Virus record (IMG/VR): IMGVR_UViG_3300045988_128742
Source of the DNA: a virus
Taxonomy: Duplodnaviria > Heunggongvirae > Uroviricota > Caudoviricetes
DNA: 33,825 bases
Direction: 5' to 3' (one strand)
Shown: positions 14,988 to 24,215 of the stretch, in pieces
Position numbering within the stretch: position 1 is the first letter of the stretch
Layout of the letters: every line of letters begins with the position of its first letter
Made by a program: the position numbers and the translations under genes
The notes under the pieces: model-generated
Databases searched by the model: none
The model's input: the letters and a program-made list of their open reading frames with translations, nothing else
Told to the model about the DNA's origin: nothing

Positions 14988-15464
14988 ATGCAGGCACTAA
15001 ATTCCCAGCGTAAAGCTTTCCTGGATATGGTGGCATGGTCAGAAGGAACGGATAACGGGCGACAACCGACACGTAACCACGGTTATGATGTTATTGTTGG
15101 TGGCGAACTGTTCACTGATTACTCCGATCACCCTCGCAAACTTGTCACGCTAAACCCCAAACTCAAATCAACAGCCGCCGGACGTTACCAGCTTCTTTCA
15201 CGCTGGTGGGATGCTTACCGTAAACAGCTTGGCCTGAAAGATTTTTCTCCAGAAAGCCAGGACGCTGTAGCTCTGCAGCAGATTAAAGAGCGTGGTGCTT
15301 TACCGATGATTGACCGCGGCAGTATTCGTCAGGCAATCGACCGTTGCAGCAATATCTGGGCGTCGTTACCTGGTGCAGGTTACGGTCAGTATGAACATAA
15401 AATCGGTGACCTGATTGCCCGATTTAAAAAAGCTGGTGGGGTAGTAAATGAAGCTGAGATATAA
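14988..15464 (+). CDS. R: Endolysin, lambda R-like lytic transglycosylase
   Basis: 158 aa; near-identity by eye to lambda R over long stretches (NQRKAFLDM.AWSEGTDNGRQ.TRNHGYDVIVGGELFTDYSDHPRKLVTLNPKLKST.AGRYQLLSRWWDAYRKQLGLKDFSP). Confidence 0.9.
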   Translation: MQALNSQRKAFLDMVAWSEGTDNGRQPTRNHGYDVIVGGELFTDYSDHPRKLVTLNPKLKSTAAGRYQLLSRWWDAYRKQLGLKDFSPESQDAVALQQIKERGALPMIDRGSIRQAIDRCSNIWASLPGAGYGQYEHKIGDLIARFKKAGGVVNEAEI

Positions 15465-15840
15465 GCTGGTTATTGTTGCCTTCGTTGTTACCGTCATTGG
15501 TTCCTTCATCTGGTCTGCCGGGCATTACTACAGCAAATATCAGCACGAAAAGGAGCGTGCTGATGAGGCTGTACGAAATGCTGAATCAGCAACTGCTATT
15601 ACCCGTAACGTTCTGCAATCACTGCAAATCATCAATACAGTTATAGAGGCTAACCAGCATGCAAAACAGCAGATCGCACTGGAGTCACAGAGAACCCAGG
15701 AAGATATCAAAGTGGCTGTTGCGGATGATGATTGTGCTTCACGTCATGTGCCTGCTGCCGCTGCTGACCGGTTGCGGAAGTACGCGAACAGTTTACGTAC
15801 CGATTCCGGCGGTACCGTTGCCAGCAAGCCTGACTACTGA
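15448..15840 (+). CDS. Rz: i-spanin (Rz-like)
   Basis: N-terminal TM segment LVIVAFVVTVIGSFIW followed by a charged coiled-coil-like region; start overlaps the endolysin 3' end. Confidence 0.75.
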   Translation: MKLRYKLVIVAFVVTVIGSFIWSAGHYYSKYQHEKERADEAVRNAESATAITRNVLQSLQIINTVIEANQHAKQQIALESQRTQEDIKVAVADDDCASRHVPAAAADRLRKYANSLRTDSGGTVASKPDY

Positions 15841-15997
15841 AACTCCCCAGCCAGTCATTCCCGAGCCGCTGACCTATGGGGCCAGTCTGGATCTGAATGT
15901 GAGCCTGCTTTCGGCGTTGGGACAATGCAATATTGACAAAGCGGGGATTCGAAGTATCGAGATGCGCCGTAACGCTTTGCTGGCAGCAGGCAAATAG
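15725..15997 (+). CDS. Rz1: o-spanin lipoprotein (Rz1-like), overlapped architecture
   Basis: Alternate frame starting inside Rz; signal peptide with lipobox LLTGC; Pro-rich mature region; extends past the Rz stop. Confidence 0.65.
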   Translation: MMIVLHVMCLLPLLTGCGSTRTVYVPIPAVPLPASLTTETPQPVIPEPLTYGASLDLNVSLLSALGQCNIDKAGIRSIEMRRNALLAAGK

Positions 15998-16023
15998 TCC
16001 GGACAAAGAACAGGAATATATTT

Positions 16024-16374
16024 ATGCCCCCTCGAACTCCAAAAGCCTGCCGCGTTCGCGGCTGCCGTAATACCACGACAGACCCGTCAGGCTACTGCGA
16101 AAGCCACAAAAGCGAAGGCTGGAAGCAATACAAGTCAGGACAATCCCGTCATCAGCGCGGTTATGGTTCTAAGTGGGATGTTATCCGTGTGCGTGTGCTG
16201 CAACGTGACAAAGGCCTGTGTCAGTTATGTCTGCGTGCTGGTGTGGCGCGTGAAGCGAAAACCGTTGACCACATCATCCCTAAAGCACATGGCGGCACTG
16301 ATGCCGACAGTAATCTGCAGAGTCTGTGCTGGCCGTGTCATAAGGCGAAGACGGCCCGTGAACGGCTTAAGTGA
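16024..16374 (+). CDS. HNH endonuclease (packaging-associated)
   Basis: 116 aa; Cys-rich N-terminus and HNH core (VDHIIPKAHGGTDADSNLQSLCWPCH); sits directly upstream of the terminase small subunit as in HK97-like phages. Confidence 0.8.
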   Translation: MPPRTPKACRVRGCRNTTTDPSGYCESHKSEGWKQYKSGQSRHQRGYGSKWDVIRVRVLQRDKGLCQLCLRAGVAREAKTVDHIIPKAHGGTDADSNLQSLCWPCHKAKTARERLK

Positions 16375-16499
16375 TAATAACTCTCAACTGTCTGAGGGGA
16401 GGGGCGGGTCAAATCTCTGTGACCTGACGTCTTCCGGACTGCCCGCCCCATCGTTTTTTTATACCCGCGAAAAATGAAATTTAACCAGGAGTGCCGCAT
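16375..16499 (+). other. Candidate packaging (cos-type) region between HNH and terminase genes
   Basis: Contains GC-rich inverted repeat GGGGCGGG...CCCGCCCC with a ~30-nt spacer followed by T7; placement inferred by analogy to HK97-type HNH/terminase arrangement. Confidence 0.35.
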
Positions 16500-16985
16500 A
16501 TGGCTGGAACGGCGGGGCGTTCCGGGCGTCGCCCCAAGCCAACAGCGCGCAAGGCGCTGGCCGGAAACCCCGGCAAGCGAGCCCTGAACAAAGATGAACC
16601 TGTTTTTACGCCCATCAAAGGTGTTGAGCCACCGGAGTGGTTCGCTGAAGAAGATCTCCCTCTCGCCACGATCATGTGGCAACTGACAACCAAAGAACTC
16701 TGCGGTCAGGGCCTGCTGTGCGTGACTGACCTGGCGGTACTTGAGCGGTGGTGTGTGGCCTATGAGTTCTGGCGACGTGCCGTGAAAAATATTGCCAGAC
16801 AGGGTAACACCATCACCGGTGCAATGGGTGGCATGGTCAAAAATCCGGAGCTGACCGCCAAAAAAGAACAGGAGTCCGAGATGAGCAGCACGGGGGCAAT
16901 GCTCGGACTCGACCCCAGCAGCCGACAGCGTCTGATTGGCCTGGCGGGGAAGAAGAAAGCTACTAACCCGTTTCTGACAATCTGA
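16500..16985 (+). CDS. Terminase small subunit (HK97/P27 family)
   Basis: ATG at 16500 with AGGAG SD (track ORF begins at GTG 16491); basic N-terminus and position upstream of the large terminase subunit. Confidence 0.75.
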   Translation: MAGTAGRSGRRPKPTARKALAGNPGKRALNKDEPVFTPIKGVEPPEWFAEEDLPLATIMWQLTTKELCGQGLLCVTDLAVLERWCVAYEFWRRAVKNIARQGNTITGAMGGMVKNPELTAKKEQESEMSSTGAMLGLDPSSRQRLIGLAGKKKATNPFLTI

Positions 16986-16998
16986 AAATCATCGAATC

Positions 16999-18732
16999 AT
17001 GAGCCGGAAATCTTACCCCAACGTAAATGCAGCCAATCAGTATGCCCGTGATGTCGTGCGCGGAAAGATTGTGGCCTGCCAGTTTGTGATTCAGGCCTGC
17101 CAGCGCCATCTTGATGACCTGATGGCGGAAAAAAGTAAGTCGTTTCGTTACCGCTTCGACAAGGACCTGGCTGAACGGGCCGCCAAATTTATTCAGCTGT
17201 TGCCGCACACCAAGGGTGAGTGGGCATTCAAGAGGATGCCTATCACGCTGGAGCCGTGGCAGCTCTTTGTGATCTGCTGCGCGTTTGGCTGGGTCAATAA
17301 AGGCTCCCGGCTGCGCCGCTTCCGTGAGGTGTATACCGAAATCCCCCGTAAGAACGGCAAATCGGCAATTTCTGCCGGTGTCGCCCTGTATTGTTTTGCC
17401 TGTGATAACGAGTTCGGCGCGGAAGTGTATTCCGGTGCCACGACGGAGAAACAGGCATGGGAAGTCTTTCGTCCGGCAAGACTGATGTGTAAACGCACAC
17501 CCATGCTGACGGAAGCGTTCGGGATTGAGGTTAACGCCTCAAACATGAACCGTCCGGAGGATGGTGCGCGTTTTGAACCGCTGATCGGTAACCCCGGTGA
17601 TGGTTCATCACCCCACTGTGCGGTGGTGGATGAATATCACGAGCACGCCACCGATGCGCTTTACACCACGATGCTTACCGGGATGGGGGCGCGACGTCAG
17701 CCACTGATGTGGGCTATCACTACCGCCGGGTACAACATTGAGGGGCCGTGCTACGACAAGCGGCGGGAAGTCATCGAGATGCTCAACGGCTCGGTGCCTA
17801 ACGATGAACTGTTCGGGATCATCTATACCGTTGATGAAGGTGACGACTGGACCGACCCGCAGGTGCTGGAAAAAGCCAATCCAAATATTGGCGTGTCGGT
17901 TTATCGCGAATTTTTGTTAAGTCAGCAGCAGCGTGCGAAAAATAACGCCCGTCTGGCAAACGTCTTTAAAACAAAACACCTCAATATCTGGGTGTCGGCG
18001 CGTTCGGCGTATTTCAACCTGGTGAGCTGGCAGAGCTGCGAGGATAAATCACTGACTCTTGAGCAATTCGAGGGGCAGCCGTGCATTCTGGCCTTTGACC
18101 TGGCGCGTAAACTGGATATGAACAGCATGGCGCGACTTTATACCCGCGAGATTGACGGTAAAACGCATTACTACAGTGTGGCCCCGCGTTTCTGGGTACC
18201 GTATGACACGGTGTACAGCGTCGAGAAAAATGAAGATCGACGGACAGCCGAACGCTTTCAGAAATGGGTGGAAATGGGCGTTCTGACCGTTACCGATGGT
18301 GCGGAGGTGGATTATCGCTACATCCTCGAGGAGGCCAAAGCGGCGAACAAAATCAGCCCGGTCAGTGAGTCACCCATCGACCCCTTCGGGGCGACCGGGT
18401 TGTCACATGACCTTGCTGATGAAGACCTGAACCCCATCACTATCATTCAGAACTACACCAACATGTCCGACCCGATGAAAGAGCTGGAAGCGGCAATTGA
18501 ATCGGGGCGCTTTCATCATGATGGCAATCCCATCATGACCTGGTGTATCGGTAACGTGGTCGGCAAAACCATTCCGGGTAACGATGATGTGGTGAAGCCC
18601 GTCAAAGAGCAGGCGGAAAACAAAATCGATGGTGCAGTTGCGCTGATTATGGCGGTTGGCAGAGCCATGCTGTACGAGAAAGAAGACACGCTGTCTGACC
18701 ACATTGAGTCCTATGGGATCCGCTCGCTTTAA
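16999..18732 (+). CDS. Terminase large subunit
   Basis: 577 aa; ATPase N-domain and nuclease C-domain pattern; gene order terS-terL-portal. Confidence 0.9.
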
Positions 18733-18743
18733 CTGAGGTAATT

Positions 18744-18926
18744 ATGATCATGCTGATTCTCGCGCCTCTGGTGGGCGTGCTGGGGGCGCTTTTGCTGGCG
18801 TATGGTGCCTGGCTGATTTATCCCCCGGCGGGGTTTGTTGTTGCCGGGGCGTTGTGCCTGTTCTGGTCGTGGCTGGTGGCGCGATATCTCGACCGTACAC
18901 AGTCGTCTGTCGGCGGAGGTAAATAG
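18744..18926 (+). CDS. Small hydrophobic protein (60 aa, two predicted TM segments)
   Basis: GAGG SD upstream of ATG; stop overlaps the portal GTG start (TAGTG). Confidence 0.5.
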
Positions 18927-20167
18927 TGTTCTTTTCGGGATTATTTCAACGAAAAAGTGACGCACCGGTGACCACGCCAGCAGAGCTGGCGGATGCTATC
19001 GGGTTGTCCTACGACACCTATACCGGAAAGCAGATCAGCAGCCAGCGGGCCATGCGACTGACGGCGGTTTTTTCCTGTGTCAGGGTGCTGGCGGAGTCGG
19101 TCGGGATGTTGCCCTGCAACCTGTATCACCTGAACGGCAGCCTGAAGCAGAGAGCCACTGGTGAACGTCTGCATAAGCTGATCTCCACGCATCCCAATGG
19201 CTATATGACGCCGCAGGAGTTCTGGGAGCTGGTGGTCACCTGTCTGTGCCTGCGGGGAAACTTTTACGCCTACAAAGTGAAAGCATTTGGCGAAGTGGCT
19301 GAACTGCTGCCCGTCGATCCCGGCTGTGTGGTACCGAAGCTTAACAGTAGCTGGGAGCCGGTCTATCAGGTCACATTCCCGGATGGCTCCACGGATGTAC
19401 TGAGCCAGGAGGATATCTGGCATGTGCGCACGCTGACGCTGGACGGACTGGTGGGGCTGAATCCCATCGCCTATGCCCGCGAGGCAATATCGCTGGCGGC
19501 AGCGACCGAAGAGCACGGGGCCAGACTGTTCAGCAATGGCGCGGTGACGTCGGGTGTGTTGCGTACAGAGCAGACGCTGTCAGATCAGGCTTATGAGCGC
19601 CTGAAGAAAGATTTTGAGGAGCGTCACACCGGGCTTGGCAATGCTCACCGCCCGATGATCCTTGAGATGGGGCTGGACTGGAAGTCGATGGCGCTGAACG
19701 CCGAGGACAGCCAGTTCCTGGAAACCCGCAAGTTTCAGCTTGAAGAAATCTGTCGTCTGTTCCGGGTGCCATTGCACATGGTGCAGAACACCGATCGCGC
19801 CACCTTCAACAATATCGAAGAGCTGGGGCTGGGATTTATCAACTATTCACTGGTGCCGTATCTGACCCGCATTGAGCAGCGGATCAACACCGGACTGGTA
19901 CGAAAAAGTAAGCAGGGCGTTTATTACGCCAAATTTAACGCCGGGGCGTTACTGCGCGGGGATATGAAGTCCCGTTTTGAAGCCTACGCCACCGGTATCA
20001 ACTGGGGAATTTACTCTCCCAATGACTGCCGCGACCTGGAAGATATGAATCCGCGTCCCGGTGGGGATGTCTATCTCACACCGATGAATATGACCACGAA
20101 ACCCTCCGATGGCAGTAAAGCCGGTAAGCAGAAGGATAACGCCAATGCAGACGAAACAACGTCTTGA
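18926..20167 (+). CDS. Portal protein (HK97 family)
   Basis: 413 aa; GTG start with GGAGG SD; position between terminase and prohead protease. Confidence 0.85.
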   Translation: MFFSGLFQRKSDAPVTTPAELADAIGLSYDTYTGKQISSQRAMRLTAVFSCVRVLAESVGMLPCNLYHLNGSLKQRATGERLHKLISTHPNGYMTPQEFWELVVTCLCLRGNFYAYKVKAFGEVAELLPVDPGCVVPKLNSSWEPVYQVTFPDGSTDVLSQEDIWHVRTLTLDGLVGLNPIAYAREAISLAAATEEHGARLFSNGAVTSGVLRTEQTLSDQAYERLKKDFEERHTGLGNAHRPMILEMGLDWKSMALNAEDSQFLETRKFQLEEICRLFRVPLHMVQNTDRATFNNIEELGLGFINYSLVPYLTRIEQRINTGLVRKSKQGVYYAKFNAGALLRGDMKSRFEAYATGINWGIYSPNDCRDLEDMNPRPGGDVYLTPMNMTTKPSDGSKAGKQKDNANADETTS

Positions 20168-20795
20168 TGTACCGCTGAGTCTGAAATCTGTCAGTGACTC
20201 CGGTGAGTTTGAAGGGTATGGCTCCGTCTTTGGTGTAAAGGACAGCCACGATGATGTGGTGATGTCCGGGGCATTTGCTGCTTCCCTGCGGGCGTGGAGT
20301 GACAGAAAAGCGTTACCTGCGCTGCTCTGGCAGCACCGCATGGATGAGCCCATCGGTGTTTACACCGAAATGAAGGAAGACGATGTCGGGCTTTACGTCA
20401 GGGGGCGATTGCTCATTGATGATGATCCCCTGGCAAAACGCGCACATGCACACATGAAGGCCGGTTCGTTAACCGGCCTTTCTATTGGGTACGTCCTGAA
20501 AGACTGGGAATATGACCGGAGCAAAGAAGCCTTTCTGCTGAAAGAAATCGACCTCTGGGAAGTCAGTCTGGTGACGTTTCCGTCTAACGACGAGGCGCGG
20601 ATCAGCGACGTCAAGAACGCACTGGCCCGCGGGGAAATCCCCGAACAGAAAAAAATCGAAAGAGTCCTGCGTGATGTCGGACTCTCCCGTTCCCAGGCCA
20701 AAGCATTCATGGCCGGGGGCTATGGCGCACTGTCCCTGCGCGACGCTGAGGATGTGGGCTCTGCACTGAATGCACTGAAAAATCTGAATTTCTAA
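20145..20795 (+). CDS. Prohead maturation protease (HK97 family)
   Basis: N-terminal motif GYGSVFGVKDSHDDVVMSGAF typical of HK97-type prohead proteases; ATG at 20145 overlaps the portal 3' end. Confidence 0.85.
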   Translation: MQTKQRLDVPLSLKSVSDSGEFEGYGSVFGVKDSHDDVVMSGAFAASLRAWSDRKALPALLWQHRMDEPIGVYTEMKEDDVGLYVRGRLLIDDDPLAKRAHAHMKAGSLTGLSIGYVLKDWEYDRSKEAFLLKEIDLWEVSLVTFPSNDEARISDVKNALARGEIPEQKKIERVLRDVGLSRSQAKAFMAGGYGALSLRDAEDVGSALNALKNLNF

Positions 20796-20809
20796 TCAGG
20801 AGAAATACG

Positions 20810-22015
20810 ATGGCGGTTGATATTAAAGATGTCGAACAGGTCGCGCAGGAGCTGCAGCAGAAGTTTGACGACTTCAAAGCAAAGAACGACAAGCGCGTGG
20901 ATGCGATTGAGCAGGAAAAAGGCAAGCTTGCCGGGCAGGTGGAAACCCTGAACGGAAAACTCAGCGAGCTGGAAAACCTCAAAAGCGATCTTGAAAAAGA
21001 GCTGCTTGAGCTGAAACGTCCGGCAGGTGGTGCGCAAAATAAACTGACCACCGAGCATAAAGAAGCGTTTGTGGGCTTCCTGCGTAAAGGCCGTGAAGAT
21101 GGTCTGCGCGATCTGGAGCGCAAGGCATTACAGGTGGGCACCGATGAAGACGGCGGCTATGCCGTGCCGGAAGCGCTGGATCGCAACATTCTGACCTTGC
21201 TGAAAGATGAAGTGGTGATGCGTCAGGAAGCCACGGTGATCACCATTGGTGGTTCCGACTACAAAAAACTGGTGAATCTGGGCGGCACGGCTTCCGGATG
21301 GGTTGGCGAGACTGACGCGCGCTCCCAGACTGCCACCTCAAAACTGGGCCTGATTGAACCTTTCATGGGGGAAATCTACGGTAACCCGCAGGCCACCCAG
21401 AAAATGCTGGATGATGCCTTTTTCAACGTGGAAGCATGGATCAACAGCGAGCTGGCAACCGAATTTGCCGAACAGGAAGAAATTGCCTTTACCTCAGGCG
21501 ATGGCACCAAGAAGCCGAAAGGGTTCCTGGCGTATGAATCCACTGATGAAACCGATAAGGTCCGGGCGTTCGGCAAACTTCAGCATATTGTATCCGGCGA
21601 AGCGACGGCGGTGACCGCAGACGCCATTATCAAACTGATTTACACGCTGCGTAAGGCACACCGCACTGGCGCGAAGTTCATGATGAACAACAACAGCCTG
21701 TTTGCCATCCGTCTGCTGAAAGACAGCGAGGGTAACTATCTGTGGCGTCCGGGGCTGGAGCTGGGGCAGCCGTCCTCTCTGGCGGGTTACGGTATCGCTG
21801 AAAACGAACAGATGCCGGATATCGCCGCTGATGCGAAAGCCATTGCATTTGGTAACTTCAAACGGGGTTACACCATCGTTGACCGTATCGGCACCCGCAT
21901 TCTGCGTGACCCGTACACCAATAAACCGTTTGTCGGTTTTTATACCACCAAGCGCACCGGCGGGATGCTGGTCGATTCGCAGGCCATCAAACTGCTGAAG
22001 ATTGCAGCGGCGTAA
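20810..22015 (+). CDS. Major capsid protein (HK97 fold) with N-terminal coiled-coil delta/scaffold domain
   Basis: 401 aa; N-terminal ~100 residues heptad-like and charged, followed by a capsid core; gene order protease-capsid. Confidence 0.9.
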   Translation: MAVDIKDVEQVAQELQQKFDDFKAKNDKRVDAIEQEKGKLAGQVETLNGKLSELENLKSDLEKELLELKRPAGGAQNKLTTEHKEAFVGFLRKGREDGLRDLERKALQVGTDEDGGYAVPEALDRNILTLLKDEVVMRQEATVITIGGSDYKKLVNLGGTASGWVGETDARSQTATSKLGLIEPFMGEIYGNPQATQKMLDDAFFNVEAWINSELATEFAEQEEIAFTSGDGTKKPKGFLAYESTDETDKVRAFGKLQHIVSGEATAVTADAIIKLIYTLRKAHRTGAKFMMNNNSLFAIRLLKDSEGNYLWRPGLELGQPSSLAGYGIAENEQMPDIAADAKAIAFGNFKRGYTIVDRIGTRILRDPYTNKPFVGFYTTKRTGGMLVDSQAIKLLKIAAA

Positions 22016-22022
22016 TCACTCA

Positions 22023-22050
22023 GGGGCGCGGAACCGCGCCCCCTGTTCTG
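22023..22050 (+). terminator. Hairpin terminator after major capsid gene
   Basis: Stem GGGGCGCG / CGCGCCCC with 4-nt loop followed by a U-rich CTGTTCTG. Confidence 0.55.
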
Positions 22051-22064
22051 ATGGGTGAAGAATC

Positions 22065-22265
22065 ATGATCCTGAAACAAGATCTGAAATGGTCACCGGAC
22101 GGTATGCGTGTTGAGGTCATTCGGGCCGGTGAGTATGACGACGGGGCACTTCCTGCCCGGGTGCAGGAGATTGCACTTCAGGCCGGGTTAGCAGAGCGCG
22201 GAATCAGTGCAAAAAGCAGTAAAGCGGCAAAAGAGAAAAAAGCCACGACCAGTAAAGAGGGCTGA
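22065..22265 (+). CDS. Hypothetical small head-region protein (66 aa)
   Basis: ORF between capsid and connector genes; function unknown. Confidence 0.45.
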   Translation: MILKQDLKWSPDGMRVEVIRAGEYDDGALPARVQEIALQAGLAERGISAKSSKAAKEKKATTSKEG

Positions 22266-22267
22266 GT

Positions 22268-22591
22268 ATGCTTCTGACAATGGAAGAGATTAAAGCCCAA
22301 CTCCGGCTGGATGAGGATTTCGATGCTGATGACCGCCATCTGCAACTGCTGGCCTGTGCGGCACAAAAGCGGACGGAAACGTATCTGAACCGGAAGCTCT
22401 ATGCACCGGATGAAACCATTCCGGACAGCGACCCGGACGGGCTACACCTGCCGGATGATATTCGTCTGGGGATGCTGATGCTTATCAGCCATTTTTACGA
22501 AAACCGCTCGTCGGTTACGGAAGTGGAGAAACTCGACATGCCGCAGAGTTTTGGCTGGCTTGTTGGCCCGTACAGGTACTTTCCGCAATGA
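22268..22591 (+). CDS. Head-tail connector protein (gp6-like)
   Basis: 107 aa; N-terminal motif EEIKAQLRLDEDFDADD typical of phage head-tail connector proteins. Confidence 0.75.
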   Translation: MLLTMEEIKAQLRLDEDFDADDRHLQLLACAAQKRTETYLNRKLYAPDETIPDSDPDGLHLPDDIRLGMLMLISHFYENRSSVTEVEKLDMPQSFGWLVGPYRYFPQ

Positions 22592-22998
22592 AAATTCGTC
22601 AGGCGCAGACCAGCGCAACCTACATTCTGCCGGACCCCGGCGAACTGAATAAACGCGTCCTGATCCGCCAGCGGGTGGATATGCCCGCGGATAACTTTGG
22701 CGTGGAGTCTCAATACCCGGTTACGTTCCGGACATGGGCGAAGGTTATCCAGACCAGTGCCACCACCTGGCAGGAAACCGCGCAGACCGGGGACGCCATC
22801 ACCCATTACATCACCATTCGTTACCGCCGGGGGATCACTGCTGATTATGAGGTGGTCTGTGATGACAGTGTGTACCGGGTGAAACGTCAGCGTGATCTGA
22901 ACGGGGCGCGGCGCTTTCTGCTGCTGGAGTGTACGGAGCTGGGCGAATGTAGGCAGAGTCACGGAGGCAGCAATGGCGACTCCCTTTTTTCACGTTGA
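22588..22998 (+). CDS. Head closure / head-tail adaptor protein
   Basis: 136 aa; ATGA overlap with the connector gene; size and position fit. Confidence 0.65.
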   Translation: MKIRQAQTSATYILPDPGELNKRVLIRQRVDMPADNFGVESQYPVTFRTWAKVIQTSATTWQETAQTGDAITHYITIRYRRGITADYEVVCDDSVYRVKRQRDLNGARRFLLLECTELGECRQSHGGSNGDSLFSR

Positions 22999-23479
22999 TG
23001 TTCAGCAGCCCGCCGAGATGCGCTTTAACCGCGCCCGTGTCCGGCGGGCGTTTGTCACGATTGGGCAGCGTCATATGCGTGATGCCCGTCGGCTGGTGAT
23101 GCGCCGTGCGCGGTCGGCACCGGGTGAAAACCCCGGTTATCAGACCGGACGCCTGGCTCGTTCGATTGGTTATATGGTGCCGAGAGCCAGTAAAAAACGA
23201 GCCGGTTTTATGACACGCATTGCCCCTAACCAGCGCAACGGGAAGGGGAACCGGATGATCTCTGGTGACTTCTATCCGGCGTTTCTGTTTTTTGGTGTCC
23301 GGGGAGGAGCAAAACGTCGTCGTAGTCATCATCGTGGTGCATCCGGTGGCAGCGGCTGGCGACTGGCTCCACGTAATAACTTCATGGTGGAAACTCTTGA
23401 AAAGAACCGCAGCTGGACACGCTATTTTCTGGCGCGGGAATTGCGTAAATCACTGAAGCCGGAGCGACGACACAGATGA
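22973..23479 (+). CDS. Neck/tail completion protein (HK97 gp10-like / Mu gp36-like)
   Basis: 168 aa basic protein; position before the Mu-type tail module. Confidence 0.6.
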   Translation: MATPFFHVDVQQPAEMRFNRARVRRAFVTIGQRHMRDARRLVMRRARSAPGENPGYQTGRLARSIGYMVPRASKKRAGFMTRIAPNQRNGKGNRMISGDFYPAFLFFGVRGGAKRRRSHHRGASGGSGWRLAPRNNFMVETLEKNRSWTRYFLARELRKSLKPERRHR

Positions 23480-24036
23480 AACTGACGCCTGTTATTGCTG
23501 CGCTGCGTGCCCGCTGCCCGTATTTTGAAAACCGGGTGGCAGGCGCGGCACAGTTCAAAAATCTGCCGGAGGTCGGAAAGCTGAGACTCCCGGCGGCGTA
23601 TGTGGTACCGGGTGATGACTCTCCGGGAGAAAACAAAAGCCAGACCGACTACTGGCAGGAGCTGAAAGAGGGCTTCTCCGTGGTTGTCATACTGAGTAAC
23701 GGGCGTGATGAGCGCGGTCAGTTTGCCTCGTATGATGTGGTGGACGATGTCCGGCAGATGCTCTTTAAGGCCCTGCTGGGCTGGAACCCGGAAGCGTGCG
23801 GTAACCCGATTACCTATGACGGCGGCACGCTGCTGGATCTGAATCGTCATGAGCTGATTTATCAGTTCGATTTTTCGGTCATCAGCGAGCTGACTGAAGA
23901 CGATACCCGCCAGCAGGATGATCTGAACAGTCTGGATGAACTGCAAACGCTGGCGATTGATGTTGATTATCTCGAGCCCGGTAACGGGCCTGACGGCGAT
24001 ATCGAACATCACACCGAAATAACCCTTCCTTCCTGA
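23476..24036 (+). CDS. Mu gp37-like tail protein (DUF1834-like)
   Basis: 186 aa; ATGA overlap with the upstream gene; position two genes upstream of the sheath as in Mu. Confidence 0.55.
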   Translation: MKLTPVIAALRARCPYFENRVAGAAQFKNLPEVGKLRLPAAYVVPGDDSPGENKSQTDYWQELKEGFSVVVILSNGRDERGQFASYDVVDDVRQMLFKALLGWNPEACGNPITYDGGTLLDLNRHELIYQFDFSVISELTEDDTRQQDDLNSLDELQTLAIDVDYLEPGNGPDGDIEHHTEITLPS

Positions 24037-24044
24037 GGATCCTC

Positions 24045-24215
24045 ATGTTTGTCAAACCTGTTAAAGGGCGGTCAGTTCCTGACCCTGCCCGCGGCGACCT
24101 TTTGCCCGCCGAAGGGCGAAATGTTGACGAGAACAACTACTGGCTGCGCCGTGAAGTAGCGGGTGATATCCGGCGCGTGAATAAAAAGGTGAACACCGAT
24201 GACGATAAGCTTTAA
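24045..24215 (+). CDS. Small Mu gp38-like protein (DUF2635-like), absent from the ORF track
   Basis: 56-codon ORF (MFVKPVKGRSVPDPARGDLLPAEGRNVDENNYWLRREVAGDIRRVNKKVNTDDDKL) translated by hand; below the track's 60-aa cutoff; overlaps the sheath start by 17 nt. Confidence 0.55.
   Translation: MFVKPVKGRSVPDPARGDLLPAEGRNVDENNYWLRREVAGDIRRVNKKVNTDDDKL

Noticed and set aside
16163-16693. ORFs 16163-16477 (plus) and 16338-16693 (minus)
   Set aside because: Overlap the HNH gene and terminase small subunit in other frames; no start context; the intergenic part is better explained as a packaging or terminator element.
19949-21141. Minus-strand ORFs antisense to the portal, protease and capsid genes (19949-20353, 20393-20710, 20707-21141)
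   Set aside because: Ser/Arg/Pro-rich shadow ORFs opposite strongly supported structural genes.
22495-24012. Minus-strand ORFs 22495-22962, 22835-23332 and 23422-24012
   Set aside because: Antisense to the coupled head-tail joining genes; His/Arg/Pro-rich composition typical of GC-rich shadow frames.
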